The translations under genes were made by a program, and so were the position numbers. 64,000 bases of DNA. It comes from Octopus sinensis. Taxonomy: Eukaryota. The stretch is taken from positions 25,482,001 through 25,546,000 of the forward strand of contig NC_043001.1 in NCBI RefSeq assembly GCF_006345805.1, in the 5' to 3' direction. A model generated the notes under the pieces. The model was not told the DNA's origin, ran no database searches, and worked only from the letters and a program-made list of their open reading frames with translations. Shown piece after piece: positions 48,491 through 60,800 of the stretch (position 1 is its first letter; each line of letters begins with the position of its first letter).

Positions 48491-50785
48491 TTAAAGGAAG
48501 TATGCAGCTTGAAATTTGGAGAAGAGAATACAGCTGCAGTAATACCACATAAAAATGAAACTGGAGCAGTAAAAACAAGGAGGGGAAAAAACAAAATTAA
48601 ATAGAAATATAAAATGTAAATACTTCAAAGACAATATCTGAATCTTTAAGTTATAAATGATACAGAATGTTAGAAGAGAAAGTATATTAGGAGAAGCAAT
48701 GATGAAATGAGTAATAGTTATGATGAAGATATGGAATTGGTAGCTGAATTGGATTTACTTGGAAATTAAGACAGAGAAAATTGATATAAAAGCAAGCCAG
48801 CTGACTTAAAAACCTTGCAAGCAATGACAACTAATTGTTATAATGTATATAATGATGCGTACAATTATTTTTCCAATTCTTTACTTCTATTTTTCAATGA
48901 GACGATAGTTTAAGCAAAACTGCTTATTTACTCAGATATTTGCTCAGACTTTTGGATAAATTAGGGTTAGGGTTATGAATGATTGGAAGCCAAAACTATA
49001 TAAAAAGAAATAACTAATATTTATTTTCCAAACCAGAAAAAAAAATCAATAACCACCTTGATTCCCAATCTAAGAAATTATGCAGTGAGATATTTTTAAA
49101 ACACTCATCTGAAAATTAAAGAATCAAAACAATTTAGAAATCCAAAATTATGTGTATATACACACACAAACACATCTTAGATAACAAAATTTTGACTTTG
49201 CATGAAGTATTTGGCTGCCAAAATTATAAGATCTCATAGAAAAAGGATGTAAAAAATTTGATAAATCAACAATGAATCTTCACAGAAAGAGCACAAGTAA
49301 CTAAAAATGGAAAGAAAAAAAAACAAGGCGATTAAGATATGATGCACAGTTCCTAAATTCAGTTATTCTTTGCTAAATATTATATAGGTACTGTTTTAAG
49401 TAGTTAGATATGATAATTCTATTTTTACCCAGCAAAGCAATGGAAGCTCAGCTTAAAAGCTGACTGAATACTACTAAATTGCAAAAACTTCCTAAGAAAG
49501 AGCAAAATAAGAAAAACAATGTTGCACTCAGCACATGATAATAATTAAATTAAAACAATACAATATATTTTGTAAAAAATTAAAGCTATTCAGCAATAAG
49601 TGCTAAAAAAATATCCCAACTAGCAAAAACTCTAGTGAGGACAGTAAAGAAACATCACATTGCCATTTTACAATGCAGCAGACTATACACATGTCCTTAG
49701 TCATATACACTAGGCATTTGTTGCATGCAATAAACTAACATTGAAATAAGATACAACAATGCCTTAAAAAAATATTACAGACAGAAAAAAAGCAGTAGTG
49801 GTAAAAAGTCCTCAGCTGGAAGAAGAAGGGGAATGAATGACTTACACAGTTTATAGGGTAAGTTACTAAATTGTACAACATACTGCATGGACCAGATATG
49901 CAGTTAGACAATTGAAAACATATTGCAGATTTCAGTTATGCATTAAAAGCAGATTTCTGAAATGTGCCCAAAGTGTAGTCTACAAATGACAGAAAAATGC
50001 ATGTTTCTACAGGATCTTCATTTTTCTAGAAACCAAATGCATATATGCACAAAGAATGAATAACAAACTTAAAGTAAAGTTAACAACAGTATTTCTATAT
50101 ATATTTTAAACCAGTTTGCTAAGGATTAATTAAAGATGCTACTCTTTTGAATAATAGAAATTTCTCGTAATAAAATTATTTGGGGGGAATGAAAACACAC
50201 ATTTCAATTTATTTTCACAAAAATTCAGCACAAAATTCATGCGGGAGTCACTTGAACACAAACTAGATAATTCATTAAAAAAATTCACTAATTTATTTTT
50301 GCCTGACATTCTAAGAAGAGCCATGCTACCATAAAATGCCTTGTGTCAGCAGAGATTGCATCACAAGTAAACTATCTGTAACACTTAAAACACTCAACAA
50401 ATCTAGTTCTGACAAATTTTAAATGTTATAATTAGTCAGAAGAGGGGAAAAAAATTTTTAATTTAAAATTTTTGTAATATTTACTTATTCCTGCTTGGTA
50501 GAATATACACCCACATTTGTCACTATAGATAATCTTTAAAAAGATTATATAAGGAATTTTGTCATTTGTTATCCTCTGATATTTTTCAACTTTTCCAGAT
50601 GGCTACAAATTTGTAAGGAGAGTATCTAGTTGGTAAAGGCACATGGACTAGTTAGAGTGTTGCATTCACGGTCACAAAATCATGTGTTCAATTCCTGAAA
50701 ATGGTAATGCTTTGAGTTCTTGACCAAAACACACTTTGCTCCAGTTCATTCAGCTGTAAATGAGTAACCCTGGCATCCTATTTAA

Positions 50786-51005
50786 CCCTTTCGTTACCAA
50801 CCCGGCCAAAACCGGCTCTGGCTATGTAGTACAAATGTCTTGTTTTCATAAGTTTTGAATTAAAATCTTTCATCAAACCTTAGCCACAATTTATGTTCCT
50901 AACACTAGCTGAATGATAACTTAGTTATTTTACTAAATTCTTTGTTATATTTTAAAATGTTTGAAAGAAACAGAGTATCTCAAAATAAATATAGTAACGA
51001 AAGGG
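50786..51005 (+). mobile_element. piggyBac-like MITE, subfamily 1
   Basis: Same sequence family as 3640..3860; TTAA on both sides. Confidence 0.88.
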
Positions 51006-52561
51006 TTAAGGGATGTGTTATGATCTCAGCCATTTATATGTCATGAAAACCAGATAACTAATCTTATGTCCTAGGACTCGAGACAGGGAATGGTGATGAT
51101 GATGGTGGTGGTGGTGGTGTATGGTTACTAGAACCAATTCAGTATTTGATGAGGACTTATTTTATCAACATCCAAGGGATAAAAGGCAAACTGAACCCCA
51201 GCAGAATTTGAGGCCACAACATAAAGCCACATTATAAACACTTGAAATGGTTAAAGAGAATGCAAAACTGTGCAAGAAAGAACTTAAAAACGAAGGTAGT
51301 GTTTAAAGTTCAGATCAATAATGCTTGTAACAAAGAGGATTAAGTAGCAATTAGTCAATAACAATTACTGTAAAAAGTCAATATAAAGTTTTTAATAGTT
51401 ACTAACCTTCAGACTGATTTAATCCTTGTGTAAATAACAATCCACACCAACAAAACAATTAAATCTAACTTCTCAATGAGATCATTAAAGTTGAGTTATA
51501 AAAATATAGTCATATGTAAAGAACCATGACCTATTAGTTCAATAACTTTGGCAATATGCAAATTTATTACAATTACTAGATAGAACTTGCAATATATCTC
51601 ATAACTAAAACTGCAAAAATAAATCTTAAGGGTTTCATGAGTAAGAAAAATTAGCTAAACATTACCCCAAACCAATCAAATTTTACTTTGATAATACACT
51701 TAAAACCTAGCTCTTACAAAAAAAAACATCCTTTCACTGAAATCAGAATGTTTAATACTAAATTTTTTGCAAGAAATTCATACCAACTAGCATAAACAAT
51801 AAAAAATAAAACCAGACAATGTGTCATATCTGAAATCCAACACTTAACAGTTTAAGATTTCCACAGACCTTTCCAAATTATATGACATTAGAAATAATGA
51901 TAAAAGTACCAATTATTACCTTAAATGATTAACAAATGTTTCACTCAAAACAAAACAAACAAAAAAACCAGTCCATTAACAACTATAGACTGCTATTTTT
52001 AATATCAATATTTTAATCTTGTTACCACCCATAGACAGAAACACAATTTGTACAACACTTGTCACTCAACAAGTCTAAACAGGAGGATCCATGAAATAAA
52101 TATAAGGAGAAAAGCTAAAAAGATAAGGAAATCAGACTTTTCATACATAAAGAGAAACAAGGGCAAAGTTATCACCTCTCCAATCTGCCTTAATGGGTAA
52201 AACTGTAAGTATTAATAGGTGAGCCACAGCTGGAGATATTTGTGTTTCCTTTTACTCCTTGATACAGCCACAGAGTAATTCAGACCCTGATCAATTTAGA
52301 TACATTAATGCTCCTTATTTTATCAAAACCAAAAACAATGAGAATTTAGCATCCCAAAGAATAAACAGGGCTTTAGAAAAGAAGTTTTGTGATAGAGCAC
52401 TGGACTAGGAGAGACAATGAAAAGTTTGACAATGTTCTATTTTTTTTAAAAGCAAAACTTGAAAGAGAGATGGAAAATGAGTAGGTTGAATCAAATTTGG
52501 TGGATTAACTCTGTAGATTAGGGTTATATACACGGGATTGTTAATTCTATAAGATGGTATA

Positions 52562-52766
52562 CAGTAATTCCTTGACTATTGTGGGTGTTATATTCCAAAA
52601 TCTCCCGCGATAGGAGAAAAATCCACAATGTAGAAACAGTACTGTATTTTTTTTAAAATTATTTTTATAATTTGTATATATTTACTTCATTATAAATGCA
52701 AAACAACACCATGGAAGGATCGACATAAGCTTAAATAATAAACCGCGATATGATGAAGGATTACTG
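52562..52766. mobile_element. Tigger/pogo-like MITE
   Basis: TA|CAGTAATTCCTTG...GAAGGATTACTG|TA. Confidence 0.75.
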
Positions 52767-52937
52767 TATACTAATATATAATTTGTATCACAGACACAGA
52801 ATCAAATTTAGAGGAAGGCTATAGTCATTAATAATGACCCAAGTACTTGACTGGTACTTTACTTTGTTGACCCTAAAAGGACAAAGGGCAAAATCGAGCA
52901 TGGCAAGGTTTGAACTCAGAATATAAAAAAAAAACCA

Positions 52938-53337
52938 TACTCTTTTACTTGTTTCAGTCATTTGACTGCGGCCATGCAGGAGCACCGCCTTTAGTCAAGC
53001 AAATCGACCCCAGGACTTATTCTTTGTAAGCCTAGTACTTATTCTATCAGTCTCATTTGCCGAATCGCTAAGTTACGGCGACATATACACACCAGCATTG
53101 GTTGTCGAGCAATGTTGGAGGGACAAACACAGACACACACACACATATATATATATATATACACACACACATATATATGATGGGCTTCTTTCAATTTCCG
53201 TCTACCAAATCCACTCACAAGGCTTTGGTTGGCCCGAGGCTATAGTAGAAGACACTTACCCAAGGTGCCAAGCAGTGGGACTGAACCCGGGACCATGTGG
53301 TTGGTAAGCAAGCTACTTACCACACAGCCACTCCTGT
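52938..53337 (-). mobile_element. SINE family A, full length
   Basis: Reverse complement of family A. Confidence 0.85.
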
Positions 53338-53713
53338 GACATAACTAAATAATTTTCAAATTTTGATTCACTTCAAGAGGGGAGGGGTTTAGTTGATTAC
53401 ATCAGTCACAGAGCTCTTATTTTATTGGCCTGGAAAAAGTAAAAAGCAAAGTCAACTTTGGCAGAATCTGAACCCTGAAAGTAAAAGCCAGGAGAAATGA
53501 CACTAAGCAGCAAAACATTTTGTCCAGTGCTCTAACAACTCTGCCAATACACCACTCCAATATACAACAATATATGACTAATGCTAGCAACCAATGATTT
53601 CAGAGTTGGTTGCTAAACCTTCACATGAACACCATTATGGAACACCCCCAATTCCACTCTTTGTTCTGCTGTCTCTGTAAATAACACATTAAAGCTTAAA
53701 TAGACACCAATTT

Positions 53714-53762
<49 letters not shown>

Positions 53763-53950
53763 GTCATATATGGGCAGGACTGACCAATTTTTATCAGTGT
53801 TGACTGCATTTAGATTAATGTCAAACGTTATCAGGCAGCCTGTTCCAATTCACAATTAGATTTTGAAGTTCAACAAAGACACTCAGCTAAAGTGATTCAT
53901 ATTATAGACTGAATCAAAATCATAAGTTACATTTTTTTTTTTTTTACATA

Positions 53951-54140
53951 TACAGGCACAGGAGTGGCTGTGTGGTAAGTAGCTTGCTAACCAACCACAT
54001 GGTACCGGGTTCAGTCCCACTGCGTGGCATCTTGGGCAAGTGTCTTCTGCTATAGCCCCGGGCCGACCAATGCCTTGTGAGTGGATTTGGTAGACGGAAA
54101 CTGAAAGAAGCCTGTCGTATATATGTATGTATGTATGTAT

Positions 54141-54178
<38 letters not shown>

Positions 54179-54394
54179 TTATGTGTCCGTGTTTGTCCCC
54201 CCCCCCCTAGCATTGCTTGACAACCAATGCTGGTGTGTTTATGTCCCCGTCACTTGGCGGTTCGGCAAGAGAGACCGATAGAATAAGTACTGGGCTTACA
54301 AAAGAATAAGTCCCGGGGTCGAGTTGCTCGATTAAAGGCGGTGCTCCAGCATGGCTGCAGTCAAATGACTGAAACAAGTAAAAGAGTAAAAGAA
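53951..54394 (+). mobile_element. SINE family A, full length
   Basis: Complete head and tail. Confidence 0.85.
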
Positions 54395-57300
54395 TAGCTT
54401 CACCTAGAACAAATGTTTTAACCAAAGAAAACCATTTTAACTGTAAACAGTCTTTTTAATATACATTGAGTGAAGTTATAAATTCTATCAACTGTCAATG
54501 TTTGCACTTTTATTTTTGTATCTTATTTTTCCAAGTCTTTACATTTTCCTTGCTGGAATACATTTGACAGATTGTCAGTCAAGGTTGTTCTTTTTCAGAG
54601 TTACTGCCCTCCTGTATGGGTTAAAAGATCATGTCTTGCTCAGATGTATTGGTTTTGGCATAGTCTCTATAGCTGGATCCCTTCCAAACACCAACTATTA
54701 TAAGATGTGCTGGTGGAGTTTTTTTGTTTTTTGTGTGTGCGCGCGCGCGCGTGTGTGTGTGTGTGTGGTATCAACACTAGCGAAGTTTTTATGTCCTTGG
54801 AAGACTAAAGAGTCCCCCAGACTTTATGTTGTCTCTGCTCAATTCACCAATCTCTTTACAGACTGGTATTGTGTACAGTTTATTATGGCACCAACAATGG
54901 TGAGGTTGCCTTGCAACAAGACTATACAGTTCCTACTACTCTGAGAGGTAGAACACAAGAAAGAGTGACAACATGGGACATATTTCAAAACATTCCCTTA
55001 ACTGGCATCAAAATAATTAACAGGTCCCTCATCATTTAGTGTCCACTTTTCCATGGATTAGACAGAGTTTGGTGAGGCAGATTTTCTATGGCTGACAGCC
55101 CTCCTCATCACCAACCCCGCTGTTTTCAGGTAAGGTAATATTTCTCCATGGGTCAGACATGATTTTCATGAAAGACTGGAAACTAACAACACCACTTGTA
55201 TGACTGTGATACACATTTACAACCATCAAATGATGTCAAGACAAGTGTACACACAAACACACTCACCCATAGACTTCTCCCAGTTTCCTTCAACCAAATC
55301 TATTCTCAAAGCTTTGGTCAACCCAGAGCTATAGTACAAGGCACTTACCCAAGGTTGCATGGTTGGGAAACTAGCTTCTTAACCACACAGCCAAGCCTGT
55401 ACCTTGGGATTGAATTCAAGAACATATGGTTAGGAAGTACGCTTCTTAATCACACAACCACACCTGTACCTGCACATAACCACACCTGCACCTTATAATA
55501 TATTTTATATATCTATGCACCTACAGAGAATAGGCTGAATAATGTCAGGTGTGAAAATCAACCATATGTTACAAGAATAAAACAAAATTGGGTAAAGTTT
55601 AAAAAATCATTAAGTCAATAAAGCTGATTCACAGCTAAGTTAAGGCAGATCCTTTGAGCCTACTTCCTCATCACTGTACTAAGATATATATATATATATA
55701 TAATTAGGATCTCCAAGAGAAATTTCCCATAGCACAACAAGACTGCTTTTGGGCTCCAAGAGGAAGAATTCCCTCTAAATTCAAGGGGCCTATGAAATTC
55801 TTTCTTTTTAGGGAGGAGCCTAGCAGACAGTCTTCGTCCTAGGCCCATTGCCAGACTTTGGTGCCAGGGGGTCTTGAGAATATTCTGGGTCAGCATTAAT
55901 TTGTTATAATGCAAAACTGAAGTTTTGAAATAAGTGTATCACTGTAAATCTGAGGGTGCACCATTGAATAGTGATGGAGCAGTGCTGTCCAATGCAACCT
56001 GCTTAGCAACAGGAATGCTCGATTCTCTCCCTGATTCTCCATGCTCCAGGTCAATGTACCAGCTAATTCCACACCTCTTAAGGGCCCTGTGTATATTTAT
56101 CATTTCACAATACAGCCACATTTGAAATGATCCTCTAATAACAAATCATAAAACACTTAGCAAGTATATATCTAAATAAACCAATCAAACATACCAATGT
56201 GTAGAAGGGTAAACAATTGGAATTTTAAAATTCAAACATAGTGTTATCTCATCTCTATATATTGCAAATGTTGACAAAGGATAAAGTTACAATAGCTCAT
56301 CACAGGAAATTAATAGTGGAAAAGCCTGAAAAATTAAGCTTCTAACTCATTACTGAATCCAAGGCTGCTTAACATGAAACAGATTACAAAACTTAATTAG
56401 TCGTAATCGTTACCATATTTACAAAATAATGATTGTGACAGTCATCCAAAATCTATTTTCTATTCTAAAATAAGATCTCGGGCAAGTGTTGGCAGTAAAA
56501 CTAATTCTCAAGTTCCTAAGAATATAATTCAGTTTAGCAAACAACTGACATAAAACATGAACTCAATTATTGCAAGGATATTAAGTAGAATTGCTCAGAT
56601 AAAGATTTTAATGAGCTCTTGAAAGTAAATACTTATTCTAATTTAACACATAAAACCTGCACCTCCTCAACTGCAACTTTGCTAAAAAAAATTAGTGTTT
56701 TACTAACGATAAGAGAAATCTAACGTGTAATTAATGTTGAACATTTTTATAAAATCATTAAATTACAAATAATACAACAAATATTAGTTTCAAATTTTCG
56801 CAAAAGGCCAGAAACTATGAGGGAAAGAGTAAGTCAATTACATCAACTGGTACTTATTTTATCGACCCCAAAAGGATGAAAGGCAAAGTCAATCTCAGTG
56901 GAATTTGAACTCAGAAAGTGAAGACAAACAAAAAGCCCCTTAGCATTTTGCCCAGCATGTTAATGATTCTGCCAGCTCATCGCCTTAATAAAACAAATAT
57001 TAAAAATGATAATGGTTTCAAATTTGGCACAAGGGCAGTCGATTACACTCTTCACAATGCTCAACTGCTACTTATTTTATCAACTCTGAAAGGATCAAAG
57101 GCAAAGTCGACCTCAACAGAATTTGAACTCTGAAGAAATGTTGCTAAACATTTTGTCGGACATGCTAATGATTCTGCCAGCTTGTTGCCTTAATAATAGA
57201 AATAATTTTTAGAGACAAGCTCTGAGAATATCATAACACTATCAGAGAAGCATACACTTCTCTGATATGAAAATTAACCAAATTTAAATATAAAATATAA

Positions 57301-59349
57301 ATGATGAATTCCTTTTATTTTGCAATCTTCATCTCACAGCAAGAAAACAAAACTTTATCCTATCTGTAATCATACAAAGCCTGGAAAATGTTCATAGGTT
57401 CTATTACCAGAAATATTGCACAAGTGAATCTAAGGGCTGGGTCTTCAGTGGTCCAAGACAGTTCCAACAACAGTGTTAATATTAATGATCTCTTAAGTTT
57501 GATACAACACTACAAATTAGTAATAAAGGATCATAGGTGATTGACTCCCACTCTGCTTACAAATGATATTTACTGGAGCCAATGAGAGAGCTATTATGTA
57601 GCAAACTGACCTGTAAAGAAATACCTCCCACTAATCAAACCTACCAAATTAAAAAAAGAACATGTTGGAGAATGTTGCCACAGATATATTACCTGAAATA
57701 TAGACAAGATAGCCAAGGCTGGAACATTTTTTTATCATAGGACTAGTTGAAGCCTGGACTAAGCTGAGGGTTAAACAATAACTGGTATTTATTTTTATCA
57801 AACCAGGAGGAACGGAAAGTAAAGTTTACTCTACAATCATAAATTAAAATATAAACATAATAACTAAATATTTAGTCAAGTACTGCTTTTATCTCTCATT
57901 AGCCCAAAATAAAAATGAATAAAATAATACCATCCATATGTAAATTTTTGTCTACCCATGTCAGCATAGAAAACAAACATTATATGATGATATCAAAGAG
58001 TACAATTACATTGATTTGACAAGTTGGTAGTCTTCCTTGAAGACAGCTAGGTCTTAGCATACAATATAAATGACAAAACTATTTACACTGCATATATTTC
58101 TTTTTTTTTCTTACTATCTCTATCAACAAGTCCGTTTGATTAGTGCTGGCTTCAGTATTTCAACAATGAAAGAAATGTTATGAAACATGATTAGGAGTAA
58201 TGATCTGAAAAAGTCATTGAGAACGTTGATCTACGGGTCAAAAGTTTATAACCGTTGCTTGCATTTCATAAGTTCCCCAGCAAAACATTCATTTTACATG
58301 CCCAAGTTTACAAAACCAAAAGTTAAATATCAAATCTTTCTAAGAAAATTATCTGCTTTGACATAAGACTCCAGTAAAACCAGTCTCCACTTCATCTGAT
58401 TTCATACCCTATCTAACTACAGGCAACAAACTAGCAGAATTGTTAGAGTGTTAGCAAATATGTTTTGTGATATTTGTTCTAGCCCATTAAATTCTGAGTT
58501 CAAATCCTGCTGAGGTCAACTTTGCATTTCACCCTTCTGGGGTAGATAAAATAAATTACCTGTGAAATACTAAGGTTGATATAATTAACTCTTTCCCCTC
58601 AAAATTACTGGTATTTTGTCTAAACTAGAAACTATATCCTATCTGATTACAAACCATCGCTCTCTTTATTATCTTGTAGCACACTTGAAACTGATGCAAA
58701 AAGAGATATGCTAGAATCTGGAGTAATGTAGTGACAATAAAAATAAGACTCAATGAATAAAAATATGAATATACAACAAATGCTACATTAGTTCAAAAGA
58801 GTGTGCGTATCACTACGATAAACACTGCGGAACTCATTAATAATTAATTTAAACATATTTTTCTCAAGCATTGCAGGATAGCAAACATGCCAAAATCTCT
58901 CTACACATCTGGCTAATATCCAATTATTACCTTTATCACTACAGAAGGACACAATTATCCTTTATTACTACAGAGGGACACAATGTAATGGCTCCAGGGT
59001 TTGCACATGATCTAGGGCACAGAAGAGAAGACCATTTAGGAATAGTTCTGTAAGAGGTCATTAATCACATTTCATTAACATTCATCTCAGAACCTTTTCC
59101 AATGCCAATTACTGCTCAGTATGATAAACTGGTTTCAGTTTTTTTTTCTTCTCTCAATTACAAACACCCACAACTACTTTAACAAATATATAAGAAAGGT
59201 AATCAAAGGACTTTATATGGACTTCTAATTTACTAATGCCTACTCTAAAAGGTTTTAGTATATTAAAGCAGTAATAAGCACCAAGTAGAAATAGTGCAAT
59301 CTGAAAATTAAACTGCTGTGTACTTTGAATAGAATATTGTACATTAATA

Positions 59350-59520
59350 GGCATAGGCATGGCTGTCTAGCTCAAAAGTTCACTTTGCGATCACATGGTT
59401 TCGGTTACAACCCCACTGTACAGTATCTGGGACAAGTGTTTTCTATTACAGCCCCAGGCCAACCAATGCCTTGTGAGTGAATTTGGAAAAGGGAAACTGT
59501 GTGGAAGCCTGTCATACATA

Positions 59521-59553
<33 letters not shown>

Positions 59554-59760
59554 GTTTTTATCTTTGTGTGTCTTTGACACCCCTAACTGCTTCACAACTG
59601 TAACCTAGTGGTTTGGCGAAAGAGATGGATAGAATAAGCACCAGACTTTTAAAAAAACAACAGAAGTACTGGAGTCAATTAATTCAACTAAATTTTTCAA
59701 GGTTATGCCTCACCATGATCACAGTCCAACCACTGAAACAAGAAAAAGCTAAAAGATAAA
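59350..59760 (+). mobile_element. SINE family A (older copy)
   Basis: Degenerate alignment; further older copies at ~11703, 21754, 41552 and 55250. Confidence 0.7.
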
Positions 59761-60248
59761 AAATCAGATCTATTGAAACAATTTCTTGACAACAAAGAAT
59801 TATGGTGTCTATCTGTCCATTTCACAGAAAGCTTTCTTTGACAAAAGGTTTGATATTGAATAATTAGAGGTACTGAAGATACTATAATCCTGATGGAGAC
59901 AGCTATAGGAAATGCCTAGCAATTAGGCATCTATCCTGTATGTTTCATCCAGGAAAATATCACATTTGATATTTTGTAAGTAGACAAGGATTGAAGACAC
60001 TACCTATCAGTGTGTGGGAAGGCAAGGAAAATTTTTTCAAGCATATTTGCATGGTTCTCAGTTCAATTCCATTCTCAACACCTCAAGCATAGCCTCAAAT
60101 AATCAGTAGGCATAAACTATGTAGACAACTTATGTGTGCATGTGCATTCATTGTTGAGGAACAATCTGGAACAGTACTCAATACATTGTGGAAAATCTGA
60201 TGTAAATAGGCCACTATTGAATATACTATATATATAAAAACAACAATA

Positions 60249-60800
60249 TCTCTTATATAAAATCTGTTCCGTGTGTGTGTGTGTGTGTGTGTGGCTTCTA
60301 AGATCTCGGGCATCTGCCATCCGATTGCGCTCAAATTTGATATGTAGATACCGACGGTATCAGGGCATGTACAAGTCTTGAAAAAATTACAAAAATCGAT
60401 TCCAGGTGAGAATGCAATCGATAATGCCACTTTTGTCCTGCTTTTCTTCCGTCAACCTGTACATAACTGCACCTTCCATTTTTGTAGTTTTTGTACTGCT
60501 TAAAGACACGTTTCTTTCCTGCCAAGCTTACTGTTTAAACCATGTTTATGTTCTTCCAGTCAACAACCTTATTATTACTGGTACTTTAAACTCTTCCGTT
60601 GCATATTTGTGTGAATAAAATAGTTTTTCTTTGGAATAGAAAAAAAGTCTATCTTTATTTCTTATTTTGCTGGTGTCTCAAATTTAGGTTAAATCAGTTT
60701 CTCAAAAGGAGGCCTATGGGACGATCGGACAAGTTGTTTTGAGAAAATTTGGTTTAAATGTTTGAAAACTTAGCACTGTCCATTGGACGGGGGGGGGGGG
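60249..60800 (+). mobile_element. Possible Helitron/Helentron-like element (right end uncertain)
   Basis: A|TCTCTTATATAAAA start followed by (GT)n; internal inverted repeat TTCTCAAAA...TTTTGAGAA; no clear CTAG end. Confidence 0.4.

Noticed and set aside
48961-48975. TTAGGGTTAGGGTTA telomere-like motif
   Set aside because: Only 2.5 units; compatible with chance.
49841-49900. Minus-strand |GTAAGT as donor of the missing 5' UTR exon
   Set aside because: No promoter or acceptor evidence; such hexamers are frequent.
54733-54767. (TG)n(CG)n(TG)n alternating tract, Z-DNA candidate
   Set aside because: Short microsatellite variant among many (CA)/(TA) tracts; no supporting context.
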